Assembly (NCBI GenBank): GCA_965242865.1
Contig: CBDETK010000013.1
Coordinates: 352,001-416,000 of the forward strand
Source of the DNA: Candidatus Latescibacterota bacterium
GTDB taxonomy: Bacteria > Latescibacterota > UBA2968 > UBA8231
Direction: 5' to 3'
Length of the DNA stretch: 64,000 nt
Shown here: positions 1 to 10,127 of the stretch, piece after piece
Numbering within the stretch: position 1 is the first letter of the stretch
Layout: every line of letters begins with the position of its first letter
The notes under the pieces: generated by a model
What the model was told of the DNA's origin: nothing
What the model saw: the letters and a program-made list of their open reading frames with translations, nothing else
Database searches by the model: none
Position numbers and translations under genes: made by a program

Positions 1-945
1 AAGTGGCTCAGCTCGCCCAAGGTGTTGCGCGGTCGCGTGGATACTACGCTGGTCGTCGGCGAGGATTGGGGCGCGTGGAGCAATGTTTATCAGCTTTCGG
101 GCGAAGCCTTCCAGTCGGATAGCCCGCGCCGCTTTGTCCAGCTAGAGGCCCTGCTGTCAACCGAAGACCCGCGGGTGGCACCCGTGCTGCGCTCCCTATC
201 CATCGAGTTTGAGGACGCCTTGGTGACCGAGGCCAAGGGCCAGATCTGGCCGCGCCAAGCCCAGCCCAACGAGGACACGCGCTTTACCTATACGCTGTGG
301 CCGGCCGCCAGCGCGGACGACAGCGGCTTTGACCAACTGCGGCTCATCGCCCCCGGCGGCTGGCTGGAGGCCACAGCGGTGGAGGTGGACCTCGCTGGCG
401 AGCCCATCGTCCCAGCCGAGATCGCGCAGCGGGGCGACTCGCTCTGGGTGACTCTGGGCCGGCGCGTCGGCAGCGACTCGCTCGCGGTCCATTTCACCGC
501 CCGCCTGTGGCGCAATGCCGCGGTCTTCAGCGCGGAGCTGGGCCACCAAGACCGGCCGGGCCTTTGGCAGTCGGTGGAGGCCGCTTTTCGGCGCGCCAAC
601 GTGGTGCTCCTGCCGGCCCTAGCGGGTAGCGACCGACTCATCGGCGACTTGGAGGTGTCTCCGGTCGCCTTCACGCCCAACGGCGATGGCATCCACGATC
701 AGCTGCATATCCGGTTCGTGGTTTTTAAGGTCGCCGACGCCATGCCGCAGGTGCGGATCTTCGACTTGGCGGGGCGGGTGGTGGTTGAGTTGGCCGGAAT
801 GAGCGGCGACGTTGCCGCCTACACCTGGTCCGGGCGCGATGCCCAAGGAGCACTGGTGCCTCCGGGGCTGTACTTGTGCCACATCGATCTCGGGGCCGCG
901 GCCGGCGAGGACATGGCAGTGCGCTCGGTCGCGGTCATCTACTAA
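1..945 (+). CDS. 5'-partial secreted-type protein with C-terminal FlgD-Ig (gliding/T9SS-like CTD) domain
   Basis: Frame open from base 1; C-terminus FTPNGDGIHD...RIFDLAGRVV...WSGRDAQGALVPPGLY is typical of FlgD_ig domains. Confidence 0.75.
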   Translation, partial: KWLSSPKVLRGRVDTTLVVGEDWGAWSNVYQLSGEAFQSDSPRRFVQLEALLSTEDPRVAPVLRSLSIEFEDALVTEAKGQIWPRQAQPNEDTRFTYTLWPAASADDSGFDQLRLIAPGGWLEATAVEVDLAGEPIVPAEIAQRGDSLWVTLGRRVGSDSLAVHFTARLWRNAAVFSAELGHQDRPGLWQSVEAAFRRANVVLLPALAGSDRLIGDLEVSPVAFTPNGDGIHDQLHIRFVVFKVADAMPQVRIFDLAGRVVVELAGMSGDVAAYTWSGRDAQGALVPPGLYLCHIDLGAAAGEDMAVRSVAVIY

Positions 946-963
946 TGCCGTCGCGTCCGTAGC

Positions 964-2337
964 CTACGACCAATTCTTGGGCCAGCCAAAGTGCGCGTTG
1001 ATATCTTCCACGTACTTCATCGGCTCATTCGGTTCAATATTAAACAGCGCGTCCAGCACCTCCAGCCCGTGCTCGTAAGACTTTGTCTCTTTGCTTTCGA
1101 GTACGCCAAACAGCATCATGGATTTATCGCCCGACGAGACCGCTTCGAGGGTGCGCTCCATGTCGAGCCAATCGGGATAGATGCACTCCAGCATGATTTT
1201 CTTGGGCAACGGCGGTACGCGCAAAGGCTGAATGCCCTTCTTATTTACAATCGCGGGGACTTCTACCGCCACGTCGTCGGGAATGCCCGGCAAAGCGCCG
1301 CCATTGGGCACGTTCACCTGAAACTGACCTTCCACATTGTTGAGCAGCCCATTTATAATGGGAATGTGCTGTTCGGGCGTCATGCGATCGCCAAACAGAT
1401 CGATCGGTCGCATGTTCTCGTCGTAGGCCGCGGCCTTCATCTGCTCGTATTTTTTTGCCTTGCTCGCTAGCACTCCGTCGCGCCCGGCGGGCGTGTCTTT
1501 GCCGCCCTTGGGATCGTACCAGTATTTCCGCGCCGCCAAATCCGTGTGATACCACCAGCCGCCCCGCCGCGGCGTATCGCCAATGGGCATTAGGCCGTAC
1601 ATCTTGTATTGGTGAATGGCCGCGCGCGACATCTGCGTGGGGATTGCTTTGCCGGCTCGGGTCCGCTGCTCCCAATACGCCTCGCTCTCCTCGGCGATCC
1701 ACTGATCCAGCCTTGGATACACGTCTTCGTTTTCATAGATGAAATCCGTCAACCAGATGTTGTGATTCAACCCCGGCGCTTGCCACGTCACGGCCGCGGA
1801 ATCTAAGCCGAGGGTGCGCGCCACCTCCGCATAGCCGTAGTGCCCGTGACACAAACCACACACCTTAATCGGCGTCTCCCGGGTCAGCAGCGTCGTTCCG
1901 GCAAAGACCGGATTGCCGGCCAGCAAAATCCACGCGGCCGGACACAGCTTCTCCATGTCCCTTGCCACATTTAGCATCAGTTGCAGATTGTGGTATTCGG
2001 GCATCCCGGTTCGGTCGTAAAAGTAACCGAGTTTGGCCGTCATTTTGCGCCGGCGCTGCATGAAATACTCGTTATGCGTCACCGTGGCTGTATTGATCAC
2101 AAAATCGGCGTCTTTTAGCGCGGCTTCCCGATCCGTGGTTTTCGCAAACGTCATGTCTGCGCCCAAATCTTCGGCATACCGCCGCCCGAGTTTGCAAACG
2201 ACATCGAGCACTTCCTCGTTGATGTCCATAAAGCAAACGTGGCTGCCGTTCAACTCCTTGGTCAGGCACAAATCCTTCACTAGGCCGAGCGAAAACACCA
2301 CGCTGCCCGCGCCAAAAATCGTCACCTTATTGGCCAT
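964..2337 (-). CDS. Glycoside hydrolase family 4 (NAD+-dependent alpha-galactosidase/glucosidase-like)
   Basis: N-terminal Rossmann motif IFGAGSVVF; AGNP, GLCHG and GLNH motifs; VNVPNGG..PGIPDDVAVEVPA C-terminal signature; AGGAGG RBS. Confidence 0.9.
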   Translation of the reverse strand: MANKVTIFGAGSVVFSLGLVKDLCLTKELNGSHVCFMDINEEVLDVVCKLGRRYAEDLGADMTFAKTTDREAALKDADFVINTATVTHNEYFMQRRRKMTAKLGYFYDRTGMPEYHNLQLMLNVARDMEKLCPAAWILLAGNPVFAGTTLLTRETPIKVCGLCHGHYGYAEVARTLGLDSAAVTWQAPGLNHNIWLTDFIYENEDVYPRLDQWIAEESEAYWEQRTRAGKAIPTQMSRAAIHQYKMYGLMPIGDTPRRGGWWYHTDLAARKYWYDPKGGKDTPAGRDGVLASKAKKYEQMKAAAYDENMRPIDLFGDRMTPEQHIPIINGLLNNVEGQFQVNVPNGGALPGIPDDVAVEVPAIVNKKGIQPLRVPPLPKKIMLECIYPDWLDMERTLEAVSSGDKSMMLFGVLESKETKSYEHGLEVLDALFNIEPNEPMKYVEDINAHFGWPKNWS

Positions 2338-2374
2338 GGTTCCCTCCTTAAAAAAAGATCAAAGGACTCGAAAT

Positions 2375-3217
2375 CTACGCTCGCGCCGCCTGTGTGATCG
2401 GAGCGATTGACAGCTCCAAGACGGGCCGGTCCAATCGCGCGTGATAGGGCGGTTCGAGGACTTTGCGCTGCTCGTCGGTCATTAGGGCGAGCATGTCTGC
2501 GGCCCAGTCGTGGGCCACATAAGCGAGATTGCCCGGCGAGAAGCGGAACAGCGCGGTGCGGCGGTCGTGGTCGGCGGTCCAAGGCAAAGTCCCGTGTGTG
2601 GTGGCCTCGGTGAATAGGACGCAGTCGCCGGCGTTGCAGGTAATCTGCTTAATGAGCTCGCGATGCGCCTCGCCTCGGCGGAGTGCCAGCGGGCAGGGAT
2701 AGTTGCCCTTGTGGCTGCCTGGGATTACGCACAAGCCCCCGTCGCCCGCGCGGACATCCGCGAGCTGATAGGCGGCTACGGTCAGGCCGTTGTGCATTTT
2801 GCCGTCTTTGAAGATGTAGTACTGGTGGCGATCAAACCCGGGACCGGACGATCCGTGCAGCAGGTGCCCTTCGGCCCCTTTACGCATGGTGATGATGCCG
2901 AGATTGTGGTCGAGGCGAAAGCCCGTGCCCAACATCTCGTGTAGATAGGGCACCACCTTGGGGTTGACCAGCATGTCGCGGAAGGGGCGGCCATAAGGGT
3001 CGGGCCATGCGAGTGCGCCGCCGAGATCGCCGCGCCCGGTGCTCCCTTCGAGTGCCTTGGAGCCTGCCGATAGCGACAGCTCGCCGGTGCGCTCGTGGAT
3101 TTGATCGGCATGGCGGTCAATAGCCTCGTTGGCCAGCGCGAGGTCCTCGGGCGACAAGACGTTGGGAACGACTAGGTAGCCGTTGAGGTCGAAGAAATAC
3201 TTTTCGTCTTGGTTCAT
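2375..3217 (-). CDS. Phytanoyl-CoA dioxygenase (PhyH) family 2OG-Fe(II) oxygenase
   Basis: FFDLNGYLVVPNVLS start, GGLCVIPGSHK, AGDCVLF...HG and RRT motifs. Confidence 0.85.
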   Translation of the reverse strand: MNQDEKYFFDLNGYLVVPNVLSPEDLALANEAIDRHADQIHERTGELSLSAGSKALEGSTGRGDLGGALAWPDPYGRPFRDMLVNPKVVPYLHEMLGTGFRLDHNLGIITMRKGAEGHLLHGSSGPGFDRHQYYIFKDGKMHNGLTVAAYQLADVRAGDGGLCVIPGSHKGNYPCPLALRRGEAHRELIKQITCNAGDCVLFTEATTHGTLPWTADHDRRTALFRFSPGNLAYVAHDWAADMLALMTDEQRKVLEPPYHARLDRPVLELSIAPITQAARA

Positions 3218-3566
3218 TTCGCGTTCTCTTTATAAAGGCCGTTGTCCTCGTGGGCGACGAGGATGCACGGCGTTGAAGTCGCAATTTCGCTGCCGGTGAT
3301 GGGCATGGGCAGGCCCGGGGAGACTACAAGTGGGTCTAGTATAGCAGTACGCAATGGCTTGGGCAACCGAGCAGTGGGAGGTTTATGGACGCGGGGATGG
3401 CGGCCTTTAACCTGCTGGCGCAGTAGCACGGATTGCAACTCGAGGAAAACGAATTCGCCGCGTTGTCTATCGCTGAATTCGGCTTGTAAACTAGTGCCAT
3501 TAGTTATTTATTCTTTTACCACGCAAAATCCAACCGCATCTCAGCATTTGACCTAGGAGATTCCCC

Positions 3567-4655
3567 ATGCCCAAGCTCTTCGGCCGCAACTTCACCCGCC
3601 GCCAACTGCTCAATCGCGTCGGCGACATCAGCCAGCTTATGTACGCGCGCCGCGCCGAGCGCCGCGAAGGCTTTGAGCGCGGCGCGGACCTCATTGACGT
3701 GTTCAACGCTTCGGGCTTGGGGTTTTCCGTCTTGCCCGGCCGCGCCCTCGACATTGCCTCGGCCCACTACAAGGGCCAGTCGCTGTGCTTCCGCTCCGGC
3801 CCCGGCGACGTCGGGCCGGCCTTCTACGAGCCAGAGGGCTTCAAATGGGGACGCGGCTGGTTCGGTGGGCTCGTAACCTCTTGCGGCCTCGACTTTGTCG
3901 GCCACCCCGAAGTTGATCCCGAAGAGGAAAACGCCGAAATGCCGCTCCACGGGCGTCTCTCGTACATACCGGCCAAGAACGTCGGCATTGAGGCCGGCTG
4001 GGAGGGCGGCGATTACGTCGTGCGCATCCGCGGCCAAATGCGCCAAGCTGAGGTCTTTGCCGAAAACTTAGAGCTGTCGCGCGAGATCTCGACCGTGCTC
4101 GGCCAGCGGAGCATCCACATCCGCGACCGCATCGAAAACCTCGCGGCCGACCGCTCGCCGCTGATGTTCGTGTATCACTGCAACCCCGGCTTCCCCCTCC
4201 TCGACGAAGGGACCCGCCTCGTCCTCCACAGCCGCACGAGCACCGAGTGGATCGACGACCGCCCCGTCGGCCCAGAGGACTACGCCGTGGCCAAGGGGCC
4301 GCAACCGCGGGCCCACGACGATGTGTACGTGCATCGGCCCCGCACCGACCGCCAAGGGCGCGTCCACATCGGCCTCCTCAACGACGAGCTGGGCTTGGGC
4401 TTGTATTGGCGGTTCAAGCACAGCGAGATTCCCATCGTCAACCACTGGCAGCACTTCCACAAAGGGACTTACGTCACTGGGATTGAGCCGGGCAACTGCT
4501 CGGTGCTCGGCCGCGCTTGGAACCGCAAGCACGGGACTTTGCAGTACATCGAGCCGGGCGAGGTGCGCGAGTTCAACATGGAAATCGGCGTGTTAGACGG
4601 GGCGGATGAGCTGCGCGACTTTGAGCGCAAGGTCGAGCGGGGACTGGCCAAGTAG
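3567..4655 (+). CDS. Aldose 1-epimerase-like / DUF4432 family protein
   Basis: VLPGRALDI, GGLVTSCGL, LHGR, YHCNPGFPL and YVTGIEPGN motifs; AGGAG RBS. Confidence 0.8.
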   Translation: MPKLFGRNFTRRQLLNRVGDISQLMYARRAERREGFERGADLIDVFNASGLGFSVLPGRALDIASAHYKGQSLCFRSGPGDVGPAFYEPEGFKWGRGWFGGLVTSCGLDFVGHPEVDPEEENAEMPLHGRLSYIPAKNVGIEAGWEGGDYVVRIRGQMRQAEVFAENLELSREISTVLGQRSIHIRDRIENLAADRSPLMFVYHCNPGFPLLDEGTRLVLHSRTSTEWIDDRPVGPEDYAVAKGPQPRAHDDVYVHRPRTDRQGRVHIGLLNDELGLGLYWRFKHSEIPIVNHWQHFHKGTYVTGIEPGNCSVLGRAWNRKHGTLQYIEPGEVREFNMEIGVLDGADELRDFERKVERGLAK

Positions 4656-4699
4656 GGGGGCTGGAACGGCCGCGAGAGCCGGACTTTGAGAACAAAAAT

Positions 4700-4775
<76 letters not shown>

Positions 4776-4808
4776 TCACCTTCAAATTATACGCCTTAGG
4801 GTGTTCCT

Positions 4809-6563
4809 TTACAAATGCTGGGCCATTCGCCGCGCCAAGTCGCCGCGCGTTATGGGATCGCGGCCTGCCAAGTCCGGCGACAGGCCCGCGGCCCGCAGGT
4901 GCTCGGCCGGCGCGTCGGCCAAGGCGTCTGGGTCGAAACGCAAATGATCGGCTCGGCCCGGCCATATCCCCGCCACCGCCAGCCTCTGCACGGCCGCAAA
5001 GGCCGGATGCCCCAGCGGCACGTCCTCATACCAATACAGCGGCACCCCGGCCGCCAGCAAGGTCTGCTGGTACTGGCGGCACACCGCCACGCTGTGGCAC
5101 ACCGCCGCTGGAGTTCGCCGCTGGCCGAGGCAAAAAGCCGCCAGAGCACCTGCGGCCTCGCCGATGTTCCACTCCACCGGATGCAGGCGGTAGCAGCCAT
5201 TGGTGATGTGCGTAGTGCCGATGTTTTTGCCGGCCGCTAGCAGGTTGTCCAAGTGCCGCGACACGAGCGCGCCCAGCGGGATCTGGAAGGGCTTGGTCGG
5301 CGCGGTATGCACCACGTCAGTCGCTTGGCCGTGGAGGTCGATGGCGTACCAGCCCACGCCGACGCTGTCGCCAAAAGCGGCGGCCCGCGCCTTGGGCTGG
5401 TGCGAGGCGGCCACCTCTTGCTCGACAATGGTCTTGCGCGCCTCTAAGCGCCGGGATTCGCGGATGTACGGGTGCTGGGCGAAGCCGTCGGCGGTTCCCA
5501 TGATGTCGGGGCGCAGCCGCAGTTCGGGATAGCCGTGGCCGCGCCCGTCGTCGCGCGGCACCTCGGTTTGCAGCCAGTACAGCAAGCCCAAGCTCAGTTC
5601 CTTGGCCGCGGCTATCTGCTGCGCTTGCTCGGCCGGTGCCACGTCGATGAGGATGCCGCCGGTGTAGTCGTTGCCCGGCCAGTTGATTAACGCCACGTCC
5701 CCAGGCACTTGCCCCGCGGCGAACTGATCGGCGCACAACAAGCGGCGATAGGCCCAAAAGGAGCCGGGCAGGTCGCCAGCGGTCTCAAAAAATCGGTACG
5801 TGCGCGCGCCGCGGGCGTACTGCAAGGTCAAGGTAAAGGGCTGCTGGGCGCGGTGGCGCTCGTAGTTGGGCGGGCGGGGAATGGTGTGATCTCGACCCGG
5901 GCAGAAATCGACCGCAAACGGGCAGGTAAAAGACTGGGGCAAATGCGGCGCGGGGCCGGCCGTGCGGGCGTGCGGCTCGCCGGTTTGGTCGCGGCTTTCA
6001 GCGCCTGAGACGTAAGGGACGGGCAGCAGGGGCAGCAGGTCGCCGAGCTCGGTGGCGTCGAGCACATACGCGGGAACAAAGCGCAATACGTGCGTCCCCC
6101 CCTCTTGGACGACGTCCACGGTGCGGATGGACTGGCCTTGGACGTGGGCCGCCGCCGCCCGGGCGCGGTAAAAGAGGGTCAAGCGGCCGGCCTCGACTTG
6201 GGGGAGGACTAGGGACAGCAGGGCCGTTAGGCCGGCGCGCGGCTCAAAGCACAGGGCCGAGACCCAGCCAGCGCCGGGGTTGAAGTGCGGGTCGTCTGGG
6301 TTTTTCAGTTGGTATTTGCGGCGATAGTACGCGCGGATGCCGGCGCGGAATTCATCGTAGAGGGCCGTGCCGCCAAAGTGCTCAATGTGCGGATGCTCGT
6401 CTAAGGCGGCTACGCCTTGGCTGGTGGCTTGGCCGCCAATCCACGGGTTCTCTTCGGTCAGGCAGACTCGATAGCCCAAGCGGGCGGCGCGCACGGCCGC
6501 GGCCACGCCCCCCAAGCCGCCGCCCAAGACCAAGACATCGCATTCAATGGTGCGGGTTTCCAC
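4809..6563 (-). CDS. FAD-dependent oxidoreductase (FAD_oxidored family)
   Basis: DVLVLGGGLGGVAAA dinucleotide motif, DATELGDL, YIRESRR, YRLHPVEWNIGEAAG; GTG start at 6563, one base after the upstream stop, is preferred to the ORF-track start at 6692. Confidence 0.85.
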   Translation of the reverse strand: METRTIECDVLVLGGGLGGVAAAVRAARLGYRVCLTEENPWIGGQATSQGVAALDEHPHIEHFGGTALYDEFRAGIRAYYRRKYQLKNPDDPHFNPGAGWVSALCFEPRAGLTALLSLVLPQVEAGRLTLFYRARAAAAHVQGQSIRTVDVVQEGGTHVLRFVPAYVLDATELGDLLPLLPVPYVSGAESRDQTGEPHARTAGPAPHLPQSFTCPFAVDFCPGRDHTIPRPPNYERHRAQQPFTLTLQYARGARTYRFFETAGDLPGSFWAYRRLLCADQFAAGQVPGDVALINWPGNDYTGGILIDVAPAEQAQQIAAAKELSLGLLYWLQTEVPRDDGRGHGYPELRLRPDIMGTADGFAQHPYIRESRRLEARKTIVEQEVAASHQPKARAAAFGDSVGVGWYAIDLHGQATDVVHTAPTKPFQIPLGALVSRHLDNLLAAGKNIGTTHITNGCYRLHPVEWNIGEAAGALAAFCLGQRRTPAAVCHSVAVCRQYQQTLLAAGVPLYWYEDVPLGHPAFAAVQRLAVAGIWPGRADHLRFDPDALADAPAEHLRAAGLSPDLAGRDPITRGDLARRMAQHL

Positions 6564-6564
6564 G

Positions 6565-7410
6565 TCATCTAAGTCCGGCTTGCTTCCACACGCGGCCCAA
6601 CGCGGCGGCCGTAGCCGCCACCGCTTCTTCCCGCTCCAGGGCGCGCACTCGCTGGCTGAACGGCTCGACCATGACCGGGCCGTCGTAGCCAATGTGCTGT
6701 AAGGTGCAGAGGAACGCCTCCATGTCGATTACGCCGGTTGCCCCGGGCAAGTCGCGCACATGGTCGAGCTGATCGTCAATTTCCACGCCGGCCGGTGCGT
6801 CGTTGACGTGAACATCCACCACTTGCTGAGCACTCAAGCGGCGCACATCCGCTGCGGTTTCGCCGGCCGTGTACCAATGCCAGCTATCGAGCAGCAAGCC
6901 CACATTCTCGCCTACGGCTCGGCCCAGCTCCACCATTTGCTCCATCGTGTGGACAAACTCGTATTGCTTGCTCGCCCACGACGTTTTCGGCGCGACGTAT
7001 TCCAAGCCCAACCACACGCCTTCGCCGGCGAGCACGGCCGCGGCCGGTCGCAACCGCTCGACGTGAAAGGCGAAATTTTCTTGGTAGGTCAGCTCGTCCG
7101 AGGCTGGCATGATCCAAGTCGCCGTCCGCCGCACCCCCAAGGCCGCGGCCACCTTGGCCAAGCCCGGCAACTGGGCCAAGCCCGCTTGGTATGCGGCCTC
7201 CTCCCCGCGAAAATTGACGGGGAATCCCCACGCCGACAGGCGCACGCCCTTGCGCTCGGCCAATGCGAGGGCCTCTTCCGCGCCCATGGCCGCGACTTCG
7301 CCGATGTTAAAGTGATACCCGGCGAACCCGTGCCGTGCGGCCAAGTCAAGCCCGTCGGCGAGGTTTTCTACGCTTGCGCCGATGGCCCCCGGCGATAGCG
7401 AGCGAAACAT
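6565..7410 (-). CDS. Sugar phosphate isomerase/epimerase (xylose-isomerase-like TIM barrel)
   Basis: GLEY, LLDSWHW, VHVNDA, RDLPG..G.ID and GYDGPVMVEPFS metal-binding motifs. Confidence 0.85.
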   Translation of the reverse strand: MFRSLSPGAIGASVENLADGLDLAARHGFAGYHFNIGEVAAMGAEEALALAERKGVRLSAWGFPVNFRGEEAAYQAGLAQLPGLAKVAAALGVRRTATWIMPASDELTYQENFAFHVERLRPAAAVLAGEGVWLGLEYVAPKTSWASKQYEFVHTMEQMVELGRAVGENVGLLLDSWHWYTAGETAADVRRLSAQQVVDVHVNDAPAGVEIDDQLDHVRDLPGATGVIDMEAFLCTLQHIGYDGPVMVEPFSQRVRALEREEAVAATAAALGRVWKQAGLR

Positions 7411-7446
7411 AGCTTCTCCTTTGCGTTGATTGGTGGCGAGCGATTT

Positions 7447-8985
7447 CTACGCCTTGGCCGCTTGTAAGATGAGCCTGCCAGCGTTTTTCATTTGCCTTAG
7501 CATGACGAACCAGAGCACAAACCCGACAATCAATCCAATATTACAGACTATCCAAGCCTGATCCTCTCGTTCTTCTATTATCGCCCATAGTCCGGCCACT
7601 TCGGCCACTACAAACGAGCAGCAAAAAATAAAACTGGCCACTTCATTGACTGATCTTCGACTGGTTTCGGTATTGAGAGCTATGGCGAGACCGTAAATTG
7701 CAATGAAGTTCCAGTAGAGACTGAACACCGGTACAAAGAGAAATCCAATTGCTTTACCCGGTGTCGTCCTTGCTTTGTGAGTAGGGATGAGTGACCACAA
7801 CTTATGCAGGATGCGTAAACCAAACACGAGAGTAAGTACCAAAAGCACGCCATCAACAATAGCGACTATGATGCCAAGTAGCATGAATGTGACATCCGGC
7901 TTTAACCTCTGCGACTCTAAAATCGCCGCAATGACAACAAACAGTGCAGTCGGTGGTACGACGGCAGCAAGGCAAATGCAGTGGAGCTTAAACCACCTGT
8001 TCAAACGCTTCGCATCATCAACTTTGGCGGCAGACTGAGCAGGCTCATCAGCGATTTCGTCTCCCGTACCGTGCCTTTCCACCTTTTGGCGATGCGCTTG
8101 CTGTCCTGCCGTCTCCCCCTCCATCGCCGCCCGCCACGCCCCCACACTCTGCGGACGAGCCCGCTCATCCACCGACAACGCCCAATCTATCGCCGACAAA
8201 AGCGCACCACTCACACGACCTGCACACCGCTGAGAAACCGGAACGAGCGGATCATCCCGCATCCTATCGGTCGCATCTGCTGGCACCTGACCAGTCAACG
8301 CCCGATAACACACGCCTCCTAACGCATAAAGGTCCGTCCAAGGCCCCTGAAGCACCCGGTTTGAATACTGCTCCAGCGGCGCATACCCCGGCGTCACAAT
8401 CGACGTGACCGGCCGGCTCTTCGCCCCGATCGCCTGACGTGCCGAGCCAAAATCCAGCAACACCGGCGAACCATCCGAATCGCGTAGGACGATGTTGCCC
8501 GGCTTGATGTCCCGATGCAGAAAATCTGCTTGATGCACCACCTCTAAGGCATTCAGCAGCGGATACAGAACGCCCGTAAGCTCCGCTTCACTCAGCGTCC
8601 CCTTGCGCTCAAGATGCGCCGACAAGGTCTCGCCCTCGGCATATTCCATCGCGATATAGGCCGTACCATGCGCCTCAAAGTATTGATGGACGCGGACGAT
8701 GTTGGGATGCTGGAACCGCGCCAGCGTGCGGGCTTCGTCCAAAAACCGCTCCAAGCCCCATTGAAAATCGGCTGCCGCCTGCGACGTCTGCGGCACGACG
8801 GACCCGTCTTGTTCGCGGGTGGCTAAGTCGGCCGGCAGATACTCCTTGATCGCCACTGGAATATCCAAGCTCAGGTTCCAACCCAAATAGGTGATACCGA
8901 AGCCGCCGTGGCCGAGGACGCGGTGAAACTCAAAGTCCCGAATGCGCGTCCCCTGCGGCAGGGCCAAACGGTGCTGCTCATTCAT
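7447..8985 (-). CDS. Ser/Thr protein kinase (Hanks type) with C-terminal multi-TM domain (DUF4328-like)
   Basis: LGHGGFG, VAIKE, HRDIKPGN, LDFG and GYAPLEQ; about 4 hydrophobic segments and TTPGKAIGFLFVPVFSLYW at the C-terminus. Confidence 0.9.
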   Translation of the reverse strand: MNEQHRLALPQGTRIRDFEFHRVLGHGGFGITYLGWNLSLDIPVAIKEYLPADLATREQDGSVVPQTSQAAADFQWGLERFLDEARTLARFQHPNIVRVHQYFEAHGTAYIAMEYAEGETLSAHLERKGTLSEAELTGVLYPLLNALEVVHQADFLHRDIKPGNIVLRDSDGSPVLLDFGSARQAIGAKSRPVTSIVTPGYAPLEQYSNRVLQGPWTDLYALGGVCYRALTGQVPADATDRMRDDPLVPVSQRCAGRVSGALLSAIDWALSVDERARPQSVGAWRAAMEGETAGQQAHRQKVERHGTGDEIADEPAQSAAKVDDAKRLNRWFKLHCICLAAVVPPTALFVVIAAILESQRLKPDVTFMLLGIIVAIVDGVLLVLTLVFGLRILHKLWSLIPTHKARTTPGKAIGFLFVPVFSLYWNFIAIYGLAIALNTETSRRSVNEVASFIFCCSFVVAEVAGLWAIIEEREDQAWIVCNIGLIVGFVLWFVMLRQMKNAGRLILQAAKA

Positions 8986-8998
8986 AACGTTCTCCTTT

Positions 8999-9877
8999 TT
9001 ATTCGTCGGTCATCTCGTCCAACAAGCGCGTGAACTCGGCTAGTTGCTCCACCTGTATGGCGGCGCGCAGTAAGGCTTGCAGTTGATCTTCCTGCTCAAT
9101 CGCCGCCAAGCGGTCGGCCACCGCCCGCGCCGCACCTTCTGAAAACCGAATCGTCAAAGCTTCTTGGATACTTTGCCGAATCCCCTGCTCGATCCCTTGA
9201 TCCAACTTGCGCTTGCCCAACGACTCCAGTAACGGAAACTCTGTCATAATATCCTCCGAGATGAAAGAAAAAATGATTGACTCCTCGCATACCAACGAAC
9301 TCAATACCCCCATGTGCGCCAACACACTGTGCTTAACTTCACGCGACACCCCCAACCCCTCGGTCGCCGCCACACACCGACCCAACCACGCTTCCACCCC
9401 CGCCGGACGACCCATCAGCGGCGTAAACGGCAGCGCCCCCACATTGCCCGACGACAAATACGCCACACCATCCAACGCGCTCAACCGCAGCACCCTATAC
9501 CGCAGCACCACCTCATGGCCGATGATCTCTTGCACGTACTCCCCCGGATCGCGCCGGCCAGCACCAGGACGCAAGTAGAGCACATAAGACAACAGGGGCA
9601 AGCCATGCTCGGCAATGCAGCGTCCCATGTAGCCAGCCATCCGCTGGGACATGGGCGTCTGGGTGCTATCGGTGGTTTGAAACTCGCAGTGAACTAACGC
9701 TTCCTTGCCATCGAGCCGGACGCGAAGCAAGCTGTCCATCATCTGGGTCTTGACGGTGGGTTGCTCCGGGTTGAGCGTCTCGATCCACTGGCCTGTTGAG
9801 TGCCCCAAGAGAAAGGCCAAAAACCCTTGCGGATGGGCGTTCAAAAGCGACTTGGGTACACTATCGAATTCGGCCAT
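8999..9877 (-). CDS. Rpn family recombination-promoting nuclease / putative transposase (PD-(D/E)XK)
   Basis: DSLLRV...LVHCEFQT...RM..Y motif, PFTPLM and the C-terminal QGIEQGIRQ helix typical of Rpn/DUF4351-like proteins. Confidence 0.75.
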   Translation of the reverse strand: MAEFDSVPKSLLNAHPQGFLAFLLGHSTGQWIETLNPEQPTVKTQMMDSLLRVRLDGKEALVHCEFQTTDSTQTPMSQRMAGYMGRCIAEHGLPLLSYVLYLRPGAGRRDPGEYVQEIIGHEVVLRYRVLRLSALDGVAYLSSGNVGALPFTPLMGRPAGVEAWLGRCVAATEGLGVSREVKHSVLAHMGVLSSLVCEESIIFSFISEDIMTEFPLLESLGKRKLDQGIEQGIRQSIQEALTIRFSEGAARAVADRLAAIEQEDQLQALLRAAIQVEQLAEFTRLLDEMTDE

Positions 9878-10127
9878 CGGTGCCTTTCGTCTGAGGGGGA
9901 TGGAATGGAGAGAAATATATCCGCTGGGCGTCCCAAGACAAAGGACATCGCCGCTCCACGGGTTGCCACGGTGGCGACGGGCTTGTCCAAGTTGTGGTCA
10001 AAGCTCGATAGGTCCTGTCGAAGCCGCCAAAACCCAACACGCGCACCCGTTCGCATTCTTGACGACGATAGACTTGGGGCGCGGCGTTGAGCGGTTAGGA
10101 GCTGCGCTCATGGCCGCTCCGCTCCGT

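Noticed and set aside
6564-6692. N-terminal extension of the FAD oxidoreductase, and similar extensions at 27080, 29108, 35259, 37581 and 41571
   Set aside because: They overlap upstream genes, REPs or hairpins; downstream starts fit the RBS and/or the paralogue and domain boundaries better.
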